A DNA stretch of 64,000 nucleotides, from positions 45,634,001 to 45,698,000 of the forward strand of contig CM052818.1 in the NCBI GenBank assembly GCA_028534125.1, given 5' to 3'. This document shows, piece by piece, positions 12,398 through 25,363 of the stretch (positions are counted from its first letter, which is position 1; each line of letters begins with the position of its first letter). The position numbers and the translations under genes were made by a program. The notes beneath the pieces were generated by a model. The model was not told the DNA's origin. It worked only from the letters and a program-made list of their open reading frames with translations, and ran no database searches. This stretch comes from Lama glama (Eukaryota).

Positions 12398-14770
12398 CCT
12401 GGGTAGCTCCCTGCTCTGACTTCTGCCTCCTTGACTTTCTCTCCCTGTCGCCAGTGACCCATGGTGTCCGTGACCCAGCGCTGAGAAGCTCTGAATCCAC
12501 CCCTCTCCCCACCCCGGGGAAACTCCCAGGAGGAGCAGCGCCCCCAGAGGAGGTGCTGGGAATCACTGTGTCGGGCCAGCTCTCTGGGGCCCCAGGGGAA
12601 TCACAGCCCTCTGCCTCAAGCCCAGTGGGTTTACGTCCCACAGCCAGCCCTGCAGCTGTCCCCAGCATTGTCACCCCGCTTGGAATGTGGGAGGCTACAT
12701 TTTCTGTAAGAGGCTTCAAGTTTAGAGTCTGATGATGCCACTGGTGGGAAAATCCTGAAAGCTGGAAGTTGCCCCCACAGCCTTCCTCTTGGGTAGAGCA
12801 GAACACCATGGCCACCCTGGAGCCCTGCAAGGCCTTTTGGAGGACTGTCCCCACACCCCACTGCCTCCCTGCGCTCGCCCTCACCATGGGGCTCCACACC
12901 ATCAAAGGTGGCTGACGTGCTTCTCCGCTAAGGATGGACACTGGACCCCTTCTCCCGCTGAGAGCCACTCACACTCCCGGGGGCTTCTCTGTGACGGGGC
13001 CACCTCGTGGGCCTGGGGCTCTGGCACTCTCCCCCAGGCCTCTGCGGCCAGGCAGGACTGCGAAGAGAGACTCGGAAGACCTAACTCAAGGCCCAGTTTC
13101 ACCAGACTCACCTTGAAGCCAGTGAAGCCCACGGAGTCCCGAGCCCATGCAGACTTCTGGGATCAGAATCCCTGGGGCTAGGGCCCAGGATGCCCCAGGT
13201 GCTGTCTTGTACACTGGAGCTGGAGAACCTCCAAGCAAGGGAATAACAGCCAAGGGTCACACATGGATAGGGTGACCAAGGCCAAGGCCACTTCCTCTGA
13301 GAAGCTCTCTGGGCCCTCCCTGGAGCGATCTCCCTCTACTGCTTGTCAGGGCCCCCGGTGCCTCTCTCCTCCATGACCCTGCCTTGGGTCATGGCTCTTG
13401 CTGAGTTTGTCTTTCCCCACCAGACTGCGAGCCCTGGCCGGGTCTGTCTAGCGTCCGCCTGTGTGCGGCACCAGCATGGAGTCAGATAGCTGGGCTGTGG
13501 GATTGACAGATGGGCCAAGTGTCAGTCACTCTCCCCAGGTTCCAGCTGGGAGGATGGCTTTTGGCGCCCAGGAGTGGCCAAGCTCAGGTGTCATCACCAC
13601 TGTGGGAGCAGCAGGACCAGTACTTCCTGTGCCTTCTCTGAGCCAGCCGGGCAAGGCCGGGCCTGGGAGCGCAGCCCAGCTTCCATCAGCCTGTCCTTGC
13701 CTAGGGGGCTGTCCTCAGCCTGTGGGATACCTCTCAGGAAGGAAGGCTCTGTCCCAAATCAGGTTTGGGAAAGACCCTAAGTCCCCAGAGAGAGAGTGAG
13801 GATGCGTTGTCCCCAGCACCTGGAACAGCCCTCCTGTGCCAGCACTTGGGGAGAGCAGAGCCCAGACACCTGCAGAGAAACAGCTAGAATGCCCCCCGCC
13901 AGGCCTGAATGGCTCCTCCTGGGTTTTCATCGTGCTCCTTGTTTGTACCATGATGGTTCTTTCCTCTCGCATTCATTTTTGTATTTGTCTTTGTATTTGG
14001 AAATATTTCCAACGTAGACCAATACAGTGAATTGACTTTATCGTGTTAAGTTAGTGTCATTTTGTTATTTTCAGAGGAAATCACCCCAATACACCTCCAG
14101 ATTGTGCAGACACATCAGCTGGAGTCCAGAGGTGGGAGGAGAGCCCCCTCCAGGTTCCCCTCCTTTTCCCTTCTGCCCTCCACCTCCCTGCCCCTCCCCC
14201 AGAGCCCGCGGGCTGGGCTGTCTGGTGAGCCTAAGCTGGCAGGGGCAGGGACCCTGGGAAGGCATTCAGGGCCCACTGGAGTCCTCTCTGCTCTGCTCCC
14301 CTCCTGGCTTCTCCTGTGTGCAGTCACTGGAGGGCAGAGTAGTTTTCCCTTTTCCACCCTACGGGGCCCCAGCAGTGGAGGGGGACATCACACAGGGATC
14401 AGAGCCGGCACCGGACTTGGGAATCTGCCTGGGAGGGAGTCCTGGGCTTGTTCCACAGCTGGCAGCATTTAGGGAGTGTTCAGCCAGCTCAAATTACAGA
14501 TAGGGAAACTGAGGCTCAGCCCTGGCCAAGGCCTGATGTCTAGCCCTACTCCTGGGCCAGGCGAACTGCTTGCCAAGGCCTGGCCACATGCTGGCTCCTG
14601 AGGAAGGGCCGACTCTGGGGAGGTTTTGCAGACAAGCAGGAGGTGAAAAACTGAGGCTGGGGCCTCAGCTGAAGGGGTGAGGCTTTCTGAAGGAAGACTC
14701 TTGGCTCAGGTCCAGAGGCAGTGGGCATGTGGGGAGGGCAGGGTGAGTGTTCTGGAGGGGCTGCTGAAAC

Positions 14771-15346
14771 TGAGACAGGAGGGTGGAGGGCAGGGCACAG
14801 CCATTAAAAGAATGACACAGCCATTGAGAAAAACGGATATGACAGAAACTGGTTAGAGCCAACTAGGCCCAAGATGGCAGCAGGTTTGACCTCCAGGAGA
14901 CCTTGAGCCTCATTATAGGCTCACCATGATATATTAGCAAGCTAATGACACACCCACAGGTGTGGGACAGTCTGGCCATAGAAGTCCAAAAAGTGGGTGG
15001 TTTACTGGGAATCCTCACCCCTTCCCAAAACAGTTTGAATGATCTTCCCACTTGTTAGTACATGAAATTACTCAGCGCATAAAAAATGAAACACGCCCGC
15101 ACCCAGCGTCCACTCTCACTTTCCAGGATGACCCCAACCCTGGGCCTCTCTGGCCTTCTGAGATGGCCTGCGCTCTGTCTCCGGAGTGTGTATCTCCCTG
15201 AATAAGTCTACGTTCAGTCTACTATGGCTCGCTGTTAAATTCTTTCCTGCGCGAAGCCAAAGACCCTCACCTGGTGGGGAGGGTCCCAGGGATTCACCTG
15301 AGACCTGGGACTTAACCGTCCTCTTGCATCCCATTTTTCTGCAAAA
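14771..15346 (+). mobile_element. ERV1-class solo LTR, copy B
   Basis: Starts TGAGACAGGA like the other copies. Has a TATA-like cataaaaa (~15078) and a degenerate polyA signal aataag (~15201). Likely TSD AAAC; the 3' CA is mutated, so the end is +/-1 bp. Confidence 0.88.
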
Positions 15347-17786
15347 AACTCTGGAGTGACTGGACCCCTAGTCCCGAGTCCTGTCTGTGAAATGGCGTGG
15401 GGTGGGGGGTAACTGGTTGCTGTGAGGACCGTAGGAGAGCGAAAGCCACGCCCGGCACAGCAGCTTATAGGGGCGCTTTCGCTGCTGCGGTCGCCATGCA
15501 TCTGTGAACCCCGGACATCTGACCTCGCTCGGCCTCCCTCACCCCTACTCGGCCTGCCAGGCAAGAATTCATTTCCTGCAAACGTGGTTCTCTCGTCCCT
15601 TCCCCCCCCACCCGCTGCTCAATATTAATAATGAAAGTAATAACCGAGGCTTATTAGGTACCTCTTATGTGCCAGGCAACGTGACAAGCACTTTGTAACC
15701 ATGAGGGACTGGGAGGGCAGCCCCTCCGTGCCCCAAGCGGCCCCATTCCTTCGGGGGCCCGAGGGTCCTTCCTTCTGGTCAACTCCCTGATGGTTGGCTG
15801 GGCCTGCATGACTGTCAGGGCTCGGGTGTTGCTCTGTGCATGGCCTCAGCACATGGCCCCGTGGGCAGTCTTCCTGTCTGTAGGATGAGGGGCGTGGAGG
15901 AGCAGGCTCTCCGCGGGGCCCCTCTAGCTCCACACCCTCTGATTCTGCAGCTAAAGTAATGACAGTCACACGAGCGCTTCACCTGCCTATTGGAGCCTCG
16001 TTTTCACCACTTCCATTAATACAGGCACATATTTTTAACATCCTCCAATGCCCTCAATTTCCTGCCTTCATTTCCATCCTCATTTCAATGGCCCCCCTGG
16101 GACTTAGGACCTCATTTTTGTGAAGATCAAATGCAGTTTCTCGGGCCGCCCCTCTGGACAGCCACCCCTGCAGAACAGGACAGCAGCAGTGGGCTGGGGC
16201 CGGCGGGCGGGGGGTCTCTGCCCGGCGAGGAGTCCCCCAGCCTCTACCACGTGGAGTCCGGGCTGGTGAACGCTGGCCTCTGTGTCCTTCCAAAGGCCCA
16301 GAGCTACGAGAGGCTCGACGGGTCTCTGCTTCAACCTTCTCACCTGAGATGGGGGAACCGAGGCACAGAGGGAGGCCGGTGCTACCAGGCCGAGATTCAG
16401 CTAAAATCCGTCCCACATTTCAGCTCCCAGGAGAATGAAGGGTATGCAGGGTCCCTCCCTGTGCACGTATGGCAGCCGTCAATGGTGACGTGTGCAGCTG
16501 CGTCCTATCCGTCCCTGGTGATGCTGCACTTGAACCTGCGTGTTTCTTAGAAACCCAGACTCAAATTAGAAGTGCCCTTGGCTGCATGGTTGACAAGACC
16601 CTTGTGCCCCAATAAAAGGCCACCTGAGTGGATGCAAAGACACTTGTGGAGACGGTGGGTGATGGGGCTGGTCATGGGGGATGGTGTCGAGGGCACTGGT
16701 TTCAAGTGGCCAGTTGGGCCTGAATGTGGATTTGCTCCCAGACAAGCTAGGACCCCCTGGGTCTCCTGTCAGCCCCGCCCCCAGGGTGGCGTGAAGACTA
16801 ACAACTCACAGCAGCCAAGCTCCAGGCTCGAGGGGCCCCTGGGCTTTCCCCACCCGCCTCCCGTCCCTGTTCTGGCCCCTTTCCTGGCCACGGGCAGCCT
16901 GCTGGGGGCCTGTGGACCAGAACTCCTGCCTTCTGGCCTCCGTGGAGGCTGCCTGCCCCCCCACAGCCTCTGCCTCATTCCTTCTGCTTTGCTGAAAACA
17001 TGGTTCACATCCCACCATGAGTAGACAATGTTTGCAAATAATGATTAATCTCCAAGACCAGGGCTCTGGAAAATGAAAACTGCAGCCATCGGGCTGGGGC
17101 TTTTAATCACTGGAAACATTAAAGCAGGAGGAGGCAGCCACTCTCGGAAACATCCTGGGCTCAGGACCCTGCCCCCGAGACTTGTCACCCCCTCATCCTG
17201 TGCTGGCTGTGGAGGGGTCTCCCTGGGTCTGTGAGCACAGGACATTCCCAGGCATGGCCTTGGAGAGACCTAGGGGACTGGAGGGTGGGGCGGAGGGGCT
17301 GGGATGCCCCAGGAAGGGACCGGCCTCTACCAGCACCTCCGTGTGCCACCCCCGCGGGGCCTCCCTGACACCCCGCCTCCTCTGAACCTCATCTGGACAA
17401 AGGGCTGAGAAGTCGGGAGGGCTCAGCGTCGGGGACAGCTTGTTTACTGCTCCTTCCAGACCTAATCCGTGTCACTTGAGCATGAAGGGAGAGTGGGTGT
17501 TCCATGGCAGCTCAGGGGACAGGGACACGCAGTGGACAGCAGGCTCAGAGAGAAGCCTGCAGCCTCACAGCTTCAGCTTGTCCAGGGGCAGCTCCTCACC
17601 CAGGAGGGCAGAGCTCCACGCTCTCCTTCCAGACTCCGCCCTCCTTCCCCACCTCTCAGCCCCCTGCTCCCTCCCACCCAGGATGCTGACACTCCGATAT
17701 GCTTACTCGCTCAGCTCGCTTCCCGCCACCCCCCTCCCCCACCAACCCTCTGCTCAGCCCTCTGCTTCCCTGACTCGATTTTTTAA

Positions 17787-18078
17787 TGTGTGTGTGTGCT
17801 TGTGTGCAAGTGTGTGGATGCGCGCACGTGTGTATAGATGTGCGTGCATATGAGTAGATGTGTGTACATGGGTGAACATGTGTGCACGTGTATAGGTGTG
17901 TGTGCATATGTGTAAATACATTTGCACATGGGTGAATGTGGTACACGTGCGTGAATCTGTGGGCACATGTATAGATGCGTGTTCGTGTGTCAATGTGTGT
18001 CCCTCTGCATACATGTTGGTATGTGCACTGTGTATACATGTGTGGGTGTGTGTGCATGAGAGAATGTGTGTGTTCGTG
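17787..18078. repeat. Degenerate (TG/CA/TA)n purine-pyrimidine low-complexity tract
   Basis: About 290 bp of tgtgtg/cacgtg/tgtata units. This is the source of the His/Thr-rich spurious ORFs. Confidence 0.9.
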
Positions 18079-21000
18079 ATAGCAATAGCTGCCCTTTCCA
18101 GCTCATTCTGGCCAGGACCCCCACCCAGTCCCCCACCCCCAGCTGCACGCTCGTAGTCCTGGACTTCCCAGGGGGGGGACGTGACCACCTTGCTGTGAGG
18201 ACACGGAGGCTCAGGGAAGTTAGGGAAACGTGCAGTGGCCACCCCCAGCCTCGCCCTGTCGTGCTGCTCTGGGCATCTCTTGCCATGGGCGTAGGCTAGG
18301 GGCGTGTTGGTGAGGGTGGGTGTGGGTGTGCTCTGGTCTCAGCCCAGCCTGGCACTGCTCGGGTCCCCACAGGGCTGTGATGTAAGGGTACCCAAGGGGG
18401 CTACCCCTCCAAGCTGGGCCGTCTGCCTCTGCTGGTCACTACCCACAAGAAAACAGATCCTCAGGGTACGCTGCCACCCCTGACCCCCACGGCCCTGGGG
18501 CCAGCACACAGCAGGCTCCTGACAGCCCCAGGGGTGACTCTGGACACGTGGGTGCCTGCCCTGCCCTCCAGCACTGGGCTTGGCCCACCTCTGATTCATC
18601 TCTGTGTCAGGGCCCCCTTGCTCCCCTGGCAGGGGTAGGGCACACAGTAGGTGGTCAGGGAAGAGAATGGAAGGAGACTCCGAAGGACTTGCAAGGACGG
18701 CTAGGCAGGTGCTTCTCCCTTCTGTGGGAGATGTCGACATTGCCCCCACGTCCAGGGCACCTTCAGAGGGACCAGTGTGAACCCCTCTCCCAAGGGACCC
18801 GCCTCCCGTGGACACGTACCATTCGGGGGAGGAGGGCGTAATGGAAAATTCTGCCTGTGCTTTGCCTCCCTGATAACCTCCTCCCAGAGCTCTGGCCATT
18901 TCTCACAGCCCAGCCACCTAATTGCTCAGAGCCTGTGAAAGCCTTTTAGAGCTTCTGGGACTTTTCCTTTGCTATTTTTTCCCTTCCATTTGAAAGAGAA
19001 TTAAGTAGATGTGGAAAATGCAACCTGACTACCTTGGGATAGGGGTGGGGTGGAAACCCTCAGAGGCAGCGCCCCCACGTCTAGGGTGGCCTCTGAAGAG
19101 ACCCTCAAGGAGGCAACGCCCTGCTTCCAGGGTTGCCTGGAGACCCGACACAGGGCGGGGCCATGGAGGAAAGGAAATTTATAGGACTTTATAGGAATAG
19201 ATCAAAGACGTCACACCAGGCAGCTCCACTGTCCAGCAAATTTTCCCCAGTGGAAGGGGAAGCTGTAGAAGCACCTGGTCCCAAGGCCTGGGAGGCGGCT
19301 GCCACAGGAGCTGGTGCTCCTTCCTGCCGCACCTCTCACCAGGCCTCCCACTGGTCCAGAGCACCAGGCCCTTTGACTTCCCTGTGCAAGGCAGGTGATG
19401 GAAGCGACTGGCACAGCAGCCCTGAGGAAGTCCAGACACTCAGGCCTCTCTCAGGCTCAGGACCAATGAGGGAGCCTTAGCAAAGCCAAGGCCAATCACC
19501 AGTCCAGGGTGGGAGGATGTCAGGGAGCACAGGGCCATCAGCACCCATCAGAGCACTTCTCCATGATTGACCCACACACAGATGGGCACGTCCAAGATGG
19601 TAGAACTTCTGGTTGGCTCTGCCACCAATTCTGGGAGACCCTGAGCAAGTCACCACCTGCGTGAGCCTCAGTCCTCTCACCAGCAGAGAGAGGGAGTGAG
19701 ATTAGATGAAATCAAACATCTGAGATGCCACATTCTCACCCACTCCATGTTCACACAGAGATGGGAGAGAGGAGTCCTCACTTCCAGGGAGGGGCAGTGG
19801 GCATGGCTCCCACATCTGACCTTCATTGCCTTACCTGGCATTCAGGTACAGCTCCACCTCCTAGCAGCCTCTGAGAGCACAGGTGAGCAGCAGCCAGTGA
19901 ACCAGAGGGTGTGTGGCCCTCCCTGCCTTGTCAACCCTGAGGTGCTGTCCAGAGGGGTGGAGCGCTTTGTCGTTGGTGATTTTCAGAGTCTTCCTTCTGA
20001 GGACTGACGTCCTGCCTCACCCAGAATATGGTGAGACGCTGCAGCTGCAGGAACGGGAGCCACTGGGGTCTAGAATCTATCTCGCCCTCTCTGTGCCATT
20101 CCTATACAGGGGCCCACAGAGGGCAGGTGCCTCCCGAAAGTCAGTGGTGTTTGAGAACCGAGGGCCCTTCAACATGTCCTGAGACTCAGGGGCAGCGCTG
20201 GGAGGAGCCCAGCCCTGTGGCGTTCAATGGAGCAGCCCTTGTGTGCACAGAGGAAGAGCAGGTGTAAAAACATCAAGGTCAAGTGCTCGGCACGGCGGGG
20301 CAGAGGAGGGGTGTAGCCCCAGTTTCGCCCAACATCAGATGGGTGACGTTGGGCAAGGAAACACTCCTGCCTATAAAATGGGGAGGGCCCCCAAATCGAC
20401 CCCTTTAGGGTAAACAGTGCAACCGTATAAAGCCTGGCACAGGGCCTGGCGCGTTAGACAGAGTGTGGTAACGTTCCTATTGTGTCATGCAGGGAGTGTG
20501 CCCAGGGCCCAGGAGGGCAGCCAGCTGGTTCCCAAACATTCGGTCTGGCCAGCTCTTCCTCAAATACGTGGCAAGGGAGGGTGAGTTCTGGTGGAGTCAC
20601 AGGGCTGACCGTTCCTCGTGCTGCCATGGACAGCTGGTAGCATTTTATCCCATGGCAGCCACGGACCCCGCATCCCAGCGCCTCCCTGCCTGGTGCCCAG
20701 CACACGGGGACGGCTACAGGAAGGCACGTAATGGCCCGGGGGTTCTCATCAGTCTGTGCACCAGGCCCACCCCCATCACCTCAGACACTGCCACCTTTAG
20801 GAAACAAGAAAGGTGGAAGAGGACGGGCGGACCCGCTTTTGCATCACGCAAGGTTCTCAGCGCCCTCGCCGCCCGCTTCCTTCTGCAGGCAGGAGACAGC
20901 GTGTCTTCTCCCATCAGATCATTCAGCTGCGCAGGCCTGGGCAGACTGGCGACATTATCTGCAAAGAGAATTGTCCATGTATCGGGGGACTAGAATTAGA

Positions 21001-24000
21001 AAGCGCTTGATTTGATAAATGTCACCCACTGGAGGCATTTTCAGAAATGTATGCAGCAGCAACAGCCCAATCACAGACGATGTTGGAGAAAGCCAGCATC
21101 CTGCTGCCCGGTAAATAATAGCTTGTACTTTTCCAGGACATTCCTGGAGACCAGTCTCAGAGCCACGCGTGACTCACCCACACCCACGTCAGCCCGTTGT
21201 CTGAGTTCAGCCAAGAGCCATGCCATCCACAGGACCCTTTCTGTTTGTGAACGTTGTTCTCTGTAGATTTGGGGCCCACCTTCCATGACAGACAGGGTCC
21301 CAGGCTCCGTTACACCCCCAACAGGCCTGGGCTGTGACCTGAGGGGCTCCCCTCCTCCTTTCCCCAGTACCCTCGGAACCTAGAATATCCGTCTGCTGGT
21401 CCATCCATGCTAAGGGACCATGAGTGAGTCGGATGTGGCTGGAACGGAGGCAGGGAGTGGCAGCTGCTGCTGTCTGGCTGACTTGGTTGTGGGTCCTGGA
21501 GCTCTGCATGTGGATGAAGGTGAGTCCCCAGCGGTGAGGGATGGGGGCAGGTTAGGACCAGATGGTCTGTCTGGATATCTTTAGACAGAGCTGTCCCTGA
21601 AGAATGCTCCGTGGGGGGCATCTGCCCAGGTGCCTGCCTGTGGACTCCTGGGGAGCTGTGGGGAGCAGGTATCCAGAACTGCAGGGAGCCCTGGGGAGGA
21701 TGGAGGGAAAGAAAGGGCAGGACAAGAGACGGCATGGTGGTAAGGAAAGTGCCCGTCCGGTGCTGGAAAAAGCCAGATGGAGAACAACCCACCTGAAGCA
21801 GAGGCAGGGGACAGGGGTCCACCTGGGAACAGAACCCCTCTTCCCTTTCCCACCCCCAGTTCTACAGGGGGGCCATGATCCCCCGTTTAGGCTGAACCCC
21901 CTCAAAGCAGCTGGGATGTGGTAGAAACTGTCATGACCTTCATTTTAGACCATGTAATTTAGAATCCAACAGGGTGCTTCTGAGATTGGAAGAGGGTGAT
22001 CTTAATTGTTGTCCTGGGTGACAGACAGACACCAGAACATCCATGATAGTGAGTATGTGCCTGCCCTGTTCTATGGCGTCTGGTCTAGCCGGACTCAGCA
22101 CTGGCCGGCTGTTCGCCCCTGAGCACGGCACCTGAGCTCTTTGGACCCCAATCCTTTTGTGTGTGAAATGGGTACAGTAAGATGTACATCACGGGTGTCG
22201 AGGGCAAGATGAGAGAACAGATGTGGCTTCAATCCATAAACGTTCATCACTGCCACGTCCTCATGACCAGGTGCCCCCAGACGGTAAGGACTGGAAGATG
22301 ATTATGGGGCGACTTTTCTGCTCTTTCAGGAACGGTCCTGGGATGAAAGGGGAGGACGTTCCTAAGGAAAGTCGGGTTGTGTGGGACCATTTGGAAAAGT
22401 CCCACGTTTCCCTGATGACCCTCGTCCCACCCCCATCTCCCAGGACATTCCCGACAGTCCTGCTGGGTGGAGCTGGGACCCTCACCCCCAAAGAGACCCC
22501 AAGGCCACCCTGCAGTCCTGCAGCTGCAACACAGGCCTACGCACTCCACCCACAGCCCCAGACCCTGGGCGTGGCCGAGCAAGTCCTACCAGCCAGGCAC
22601 TGGCTGAACGCCTTCCTCATGATCCCATTTGACCCTAAGAGGACATATCATGGTCTCCGTTTTCAGAGAAGGAATCAAAGGCCCCCAGAGTTGGGATTCA
22701 AGAGGAGATTAGAAGCCTCTTCTGCCCGAGTCTACAGCCACAGCCACCTCTAGGATGTTCCTGGAAAGTAGGCAGGGTCTGGCCTGGAGCCCACCTGACA
22801 CGAAGCAGCCAGAGGGACACCTCCGAGGAGCCGCGCTTCCTGAGAGTTTGAGAAGGTGAAGTCTGGGGGCCCTGCTGGCTGGGTCACAGAAGCCACCCGT
22901 CCCTGGGGGGCCTGGGGGACTGGTTCTGGCCTACAGGGTGCGGCTCAGCTGGATCCATCAGGGACAGATGGCTCTGGTCCCGGCACAGCTTAGCCTGACC
23001 CTCCTGTGGTAAGAGTCCCCTCTCCCACCCCATCTCTGCTCTTCCAAGTGGCTCCCAAGCCCAGCTCGCATGGAGGGGAGGTCCCCACAGCGGGAACCAT
23101 GGCTTTGTGCTCCCCAGGGCGGCCACACCAGCTCTGATCAACTCTGCCATTCACATCCTCGTGTTCTTGTTGAAACCCCTGCCCCTCAGGAGAGTGTGCA
23201 GTTCCTGTGCGTACTCGCTCGGTCTCCTTCATCCTGTCCCACTTTTTCCCGTAGCACCGATCACCTTCCTCATCTATGACCACTGTTCAGTCTCCGCCCT
23301 GCTCTCCACCGCACTGTGAACCCCTAAAGGAAGGGTGCCTTCTCTGGCATTTTGTAGGAACCCAAAGATGCTCATTGGAGGCCCCTACAGAGCCCCACCA
23401 TCAGCTCACAGGCAGGCAAACCCCTTCTTGGTGTGGGGAGTGGGGGCCTTGACTCCACCCACACTGTGCACCTCCCCTCCCCACGGCCCCCACCTTGGCC
23501 AGGAAGCTCCCTCCGCCCTTTGTCCTTGCGGCTTCCTGGGCTGAGCGTGGTCATATTTGTTTAATGTGCTGCTGTTTGCAAAGCATCATCCCAATTACCC
23601 TTTCTGGATCTCCCACAAGGAAGGCGTGATCTCCTGCACAGGAGAGAACCCGGGGCTCGGGAGGCCCGCTGGCCAGCCTGGTCCACGGCAGAGCCACGAT
23701 TTGGACCCCACCTCAGATTCCAGGCTCTCGGAGCAGCATCTTTCCGAGCTGAGCATCTTCACAGCTCCAACAACACTCACCACCCCAAGGCAGCGCTTCC
23801 AGCTCCAGGGCTCTGAGCTTCAAAAAGGGCTTCCCTAGTTTGAGCGAAAACCAGCTTCTTCGTGCCCGTCCTGCTGCTCTCTTCCAGAACCGCACGGCGC
23901 ACGGGCCCCTCTGAAGCCGGCTCTCAGGACCTCCTCAAGCATCCCTTCTCCAGCCTAAAATTTTCCCAGCTCCTCTGGCTCATTCCCTGCGACCTGGTTT

Positions 24001-24289
24001 TCCATCTGACTGGCGAGCGGGACAGGAGTTGGAGGGTGTGTCTGGTCTCTTTAGGAAGGGCCCGGAGACCTTGATAAAACTGCCTCATGACAAAAGTGAC
24101 AGAACCTCAAACTGTGCAGCCAAATGTATGATACACAAAGGCGAGACATCCACCCCCTGAACTGAAATATTTGGGAGAGAGACAGTTTCTTTCCCACTGG
24201 ATGCTGAGTTGTGAGGGTGTGGCGGTAGGATTGCTGGCGACTGTCCTGCCCCCCTCGTGTGAGAACGCTTTTGCAGAGTAATGTGTGAC

Positions 24290-24465
24290 AGAAAAGGGCA
24301 CTGGGGCATCATCTGCGTGCTGGGTACAGCCCTCCCTGCAGGACACATTGTGAGCCAATCAATCACCATTAGTGTATTTACTGATCATTCAACTATTTAT
24401 ATTGCTTAAGCCAATTTGAAATGGTTTTCCATCACTCGCAACCCAGAGCTTTTTGACTGAGACAG
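24290..24465 (+). mobile_element. Old MLT1 LTR 3' end
   Basis: ttgcttaagccaatttgaaatggttttccatcactcgcaaccca...tgactgagaca is a typical MLT1 3' terminus. Confidence 0.55.
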
Positions 24466-24901
24466 CTTTGTAAGCCCAAAGTATCCAATAGTGGCACCTT
24501 AAAAATGTGATTCCTAGCAACATCTAAGTTCATAGTAATTTTAGAATAATTATAAGCATATATAGTATAATTCATGTTGATGATATAAATTTAAAATAAG
24601 CTAAGCCATCAATCCAAGGCCATAGAAATGGCCTGAGGCCATGTCTATCCATGTGCTTGGGAACAATTAATATTAATTAGGAAAGAAATTAACATCTAGT
24701 AAGGACTCCCACGTCCTATGTTCCTGGCACTGTGCGGGGCTTTTTCACATGCTTGACTTCATCTCCCCGACAGCACCGTGAGGCAGTGTGTTACTTAGGA
24801 TAACTCTAGCTGCTATAACAAACAGACCACAAATGAACGATGGCTTGATAACAACAGAGGTCTGCAAAGAGGCCGAGAGTATACCTGGGAAGCCGAGGAA
24901 A

Positions 24902-25363
24902 TGTTACTGAATGCATGTTCAGTGCCTGACGCACAGTGAGGCCAAACAAACTGAAATGTTGGAGTTTGGAGAAGAGAAAGGTTTATTGAAGGGCCAAGCA
25001 AGGAGAATGGGTGGCTCATGCTCAGATACCCCAAACTCTTCAAAGGGTTTCAGCAAAGGATTTTTAAAGACCAGGTGAGGGAGGGCAGTCGCAGGGTACG
25101 TGATTGTCTTGTGGACAATCCTCTGATGGGTTGATGTGCAGGTAACAGGGCGGAAACACTATCCATCCTTAGGCGCCTGCACATCTGGGGGCTCACAGTC
25201 ACCAAGTAGTGAATTTCTTCCATTTAGTTTTAGCATCTGTAAAACAACTCAGGAAGTGTGCATCAGATACTATTACCTGGGTACTCCAGAGAGGAGCTCC
25301 AACAGAGGATATGGGAGAGAGGGTCTGTCCTGGGAAAGCCCCACAGGGCCTTGCTTGGTTACA
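24902..25363 (-). mobile_element. ERV1-class solo LTR (second family)
   Basis: TGTTAC...GTTACA termini, polyA signal on the minus strand (tttatt ~24983), flanks GGAAA/GGAAG. Preceded by an MLT1-like terminus at ~24786-24860. Confidence 0.8.

Noticed and set aside
13812..13832. RE1/REST-like motif CAGCACCTGGAACAGC
   Set aside because: Mismatches in both half-sites, and expected by chance in 64 kb of GC-rich DNA.
17656..18286. His/Thr- and Cys/Val-rich ORFs
   Set aside because: These are translations of the (CA/TG) low-complexity tract.
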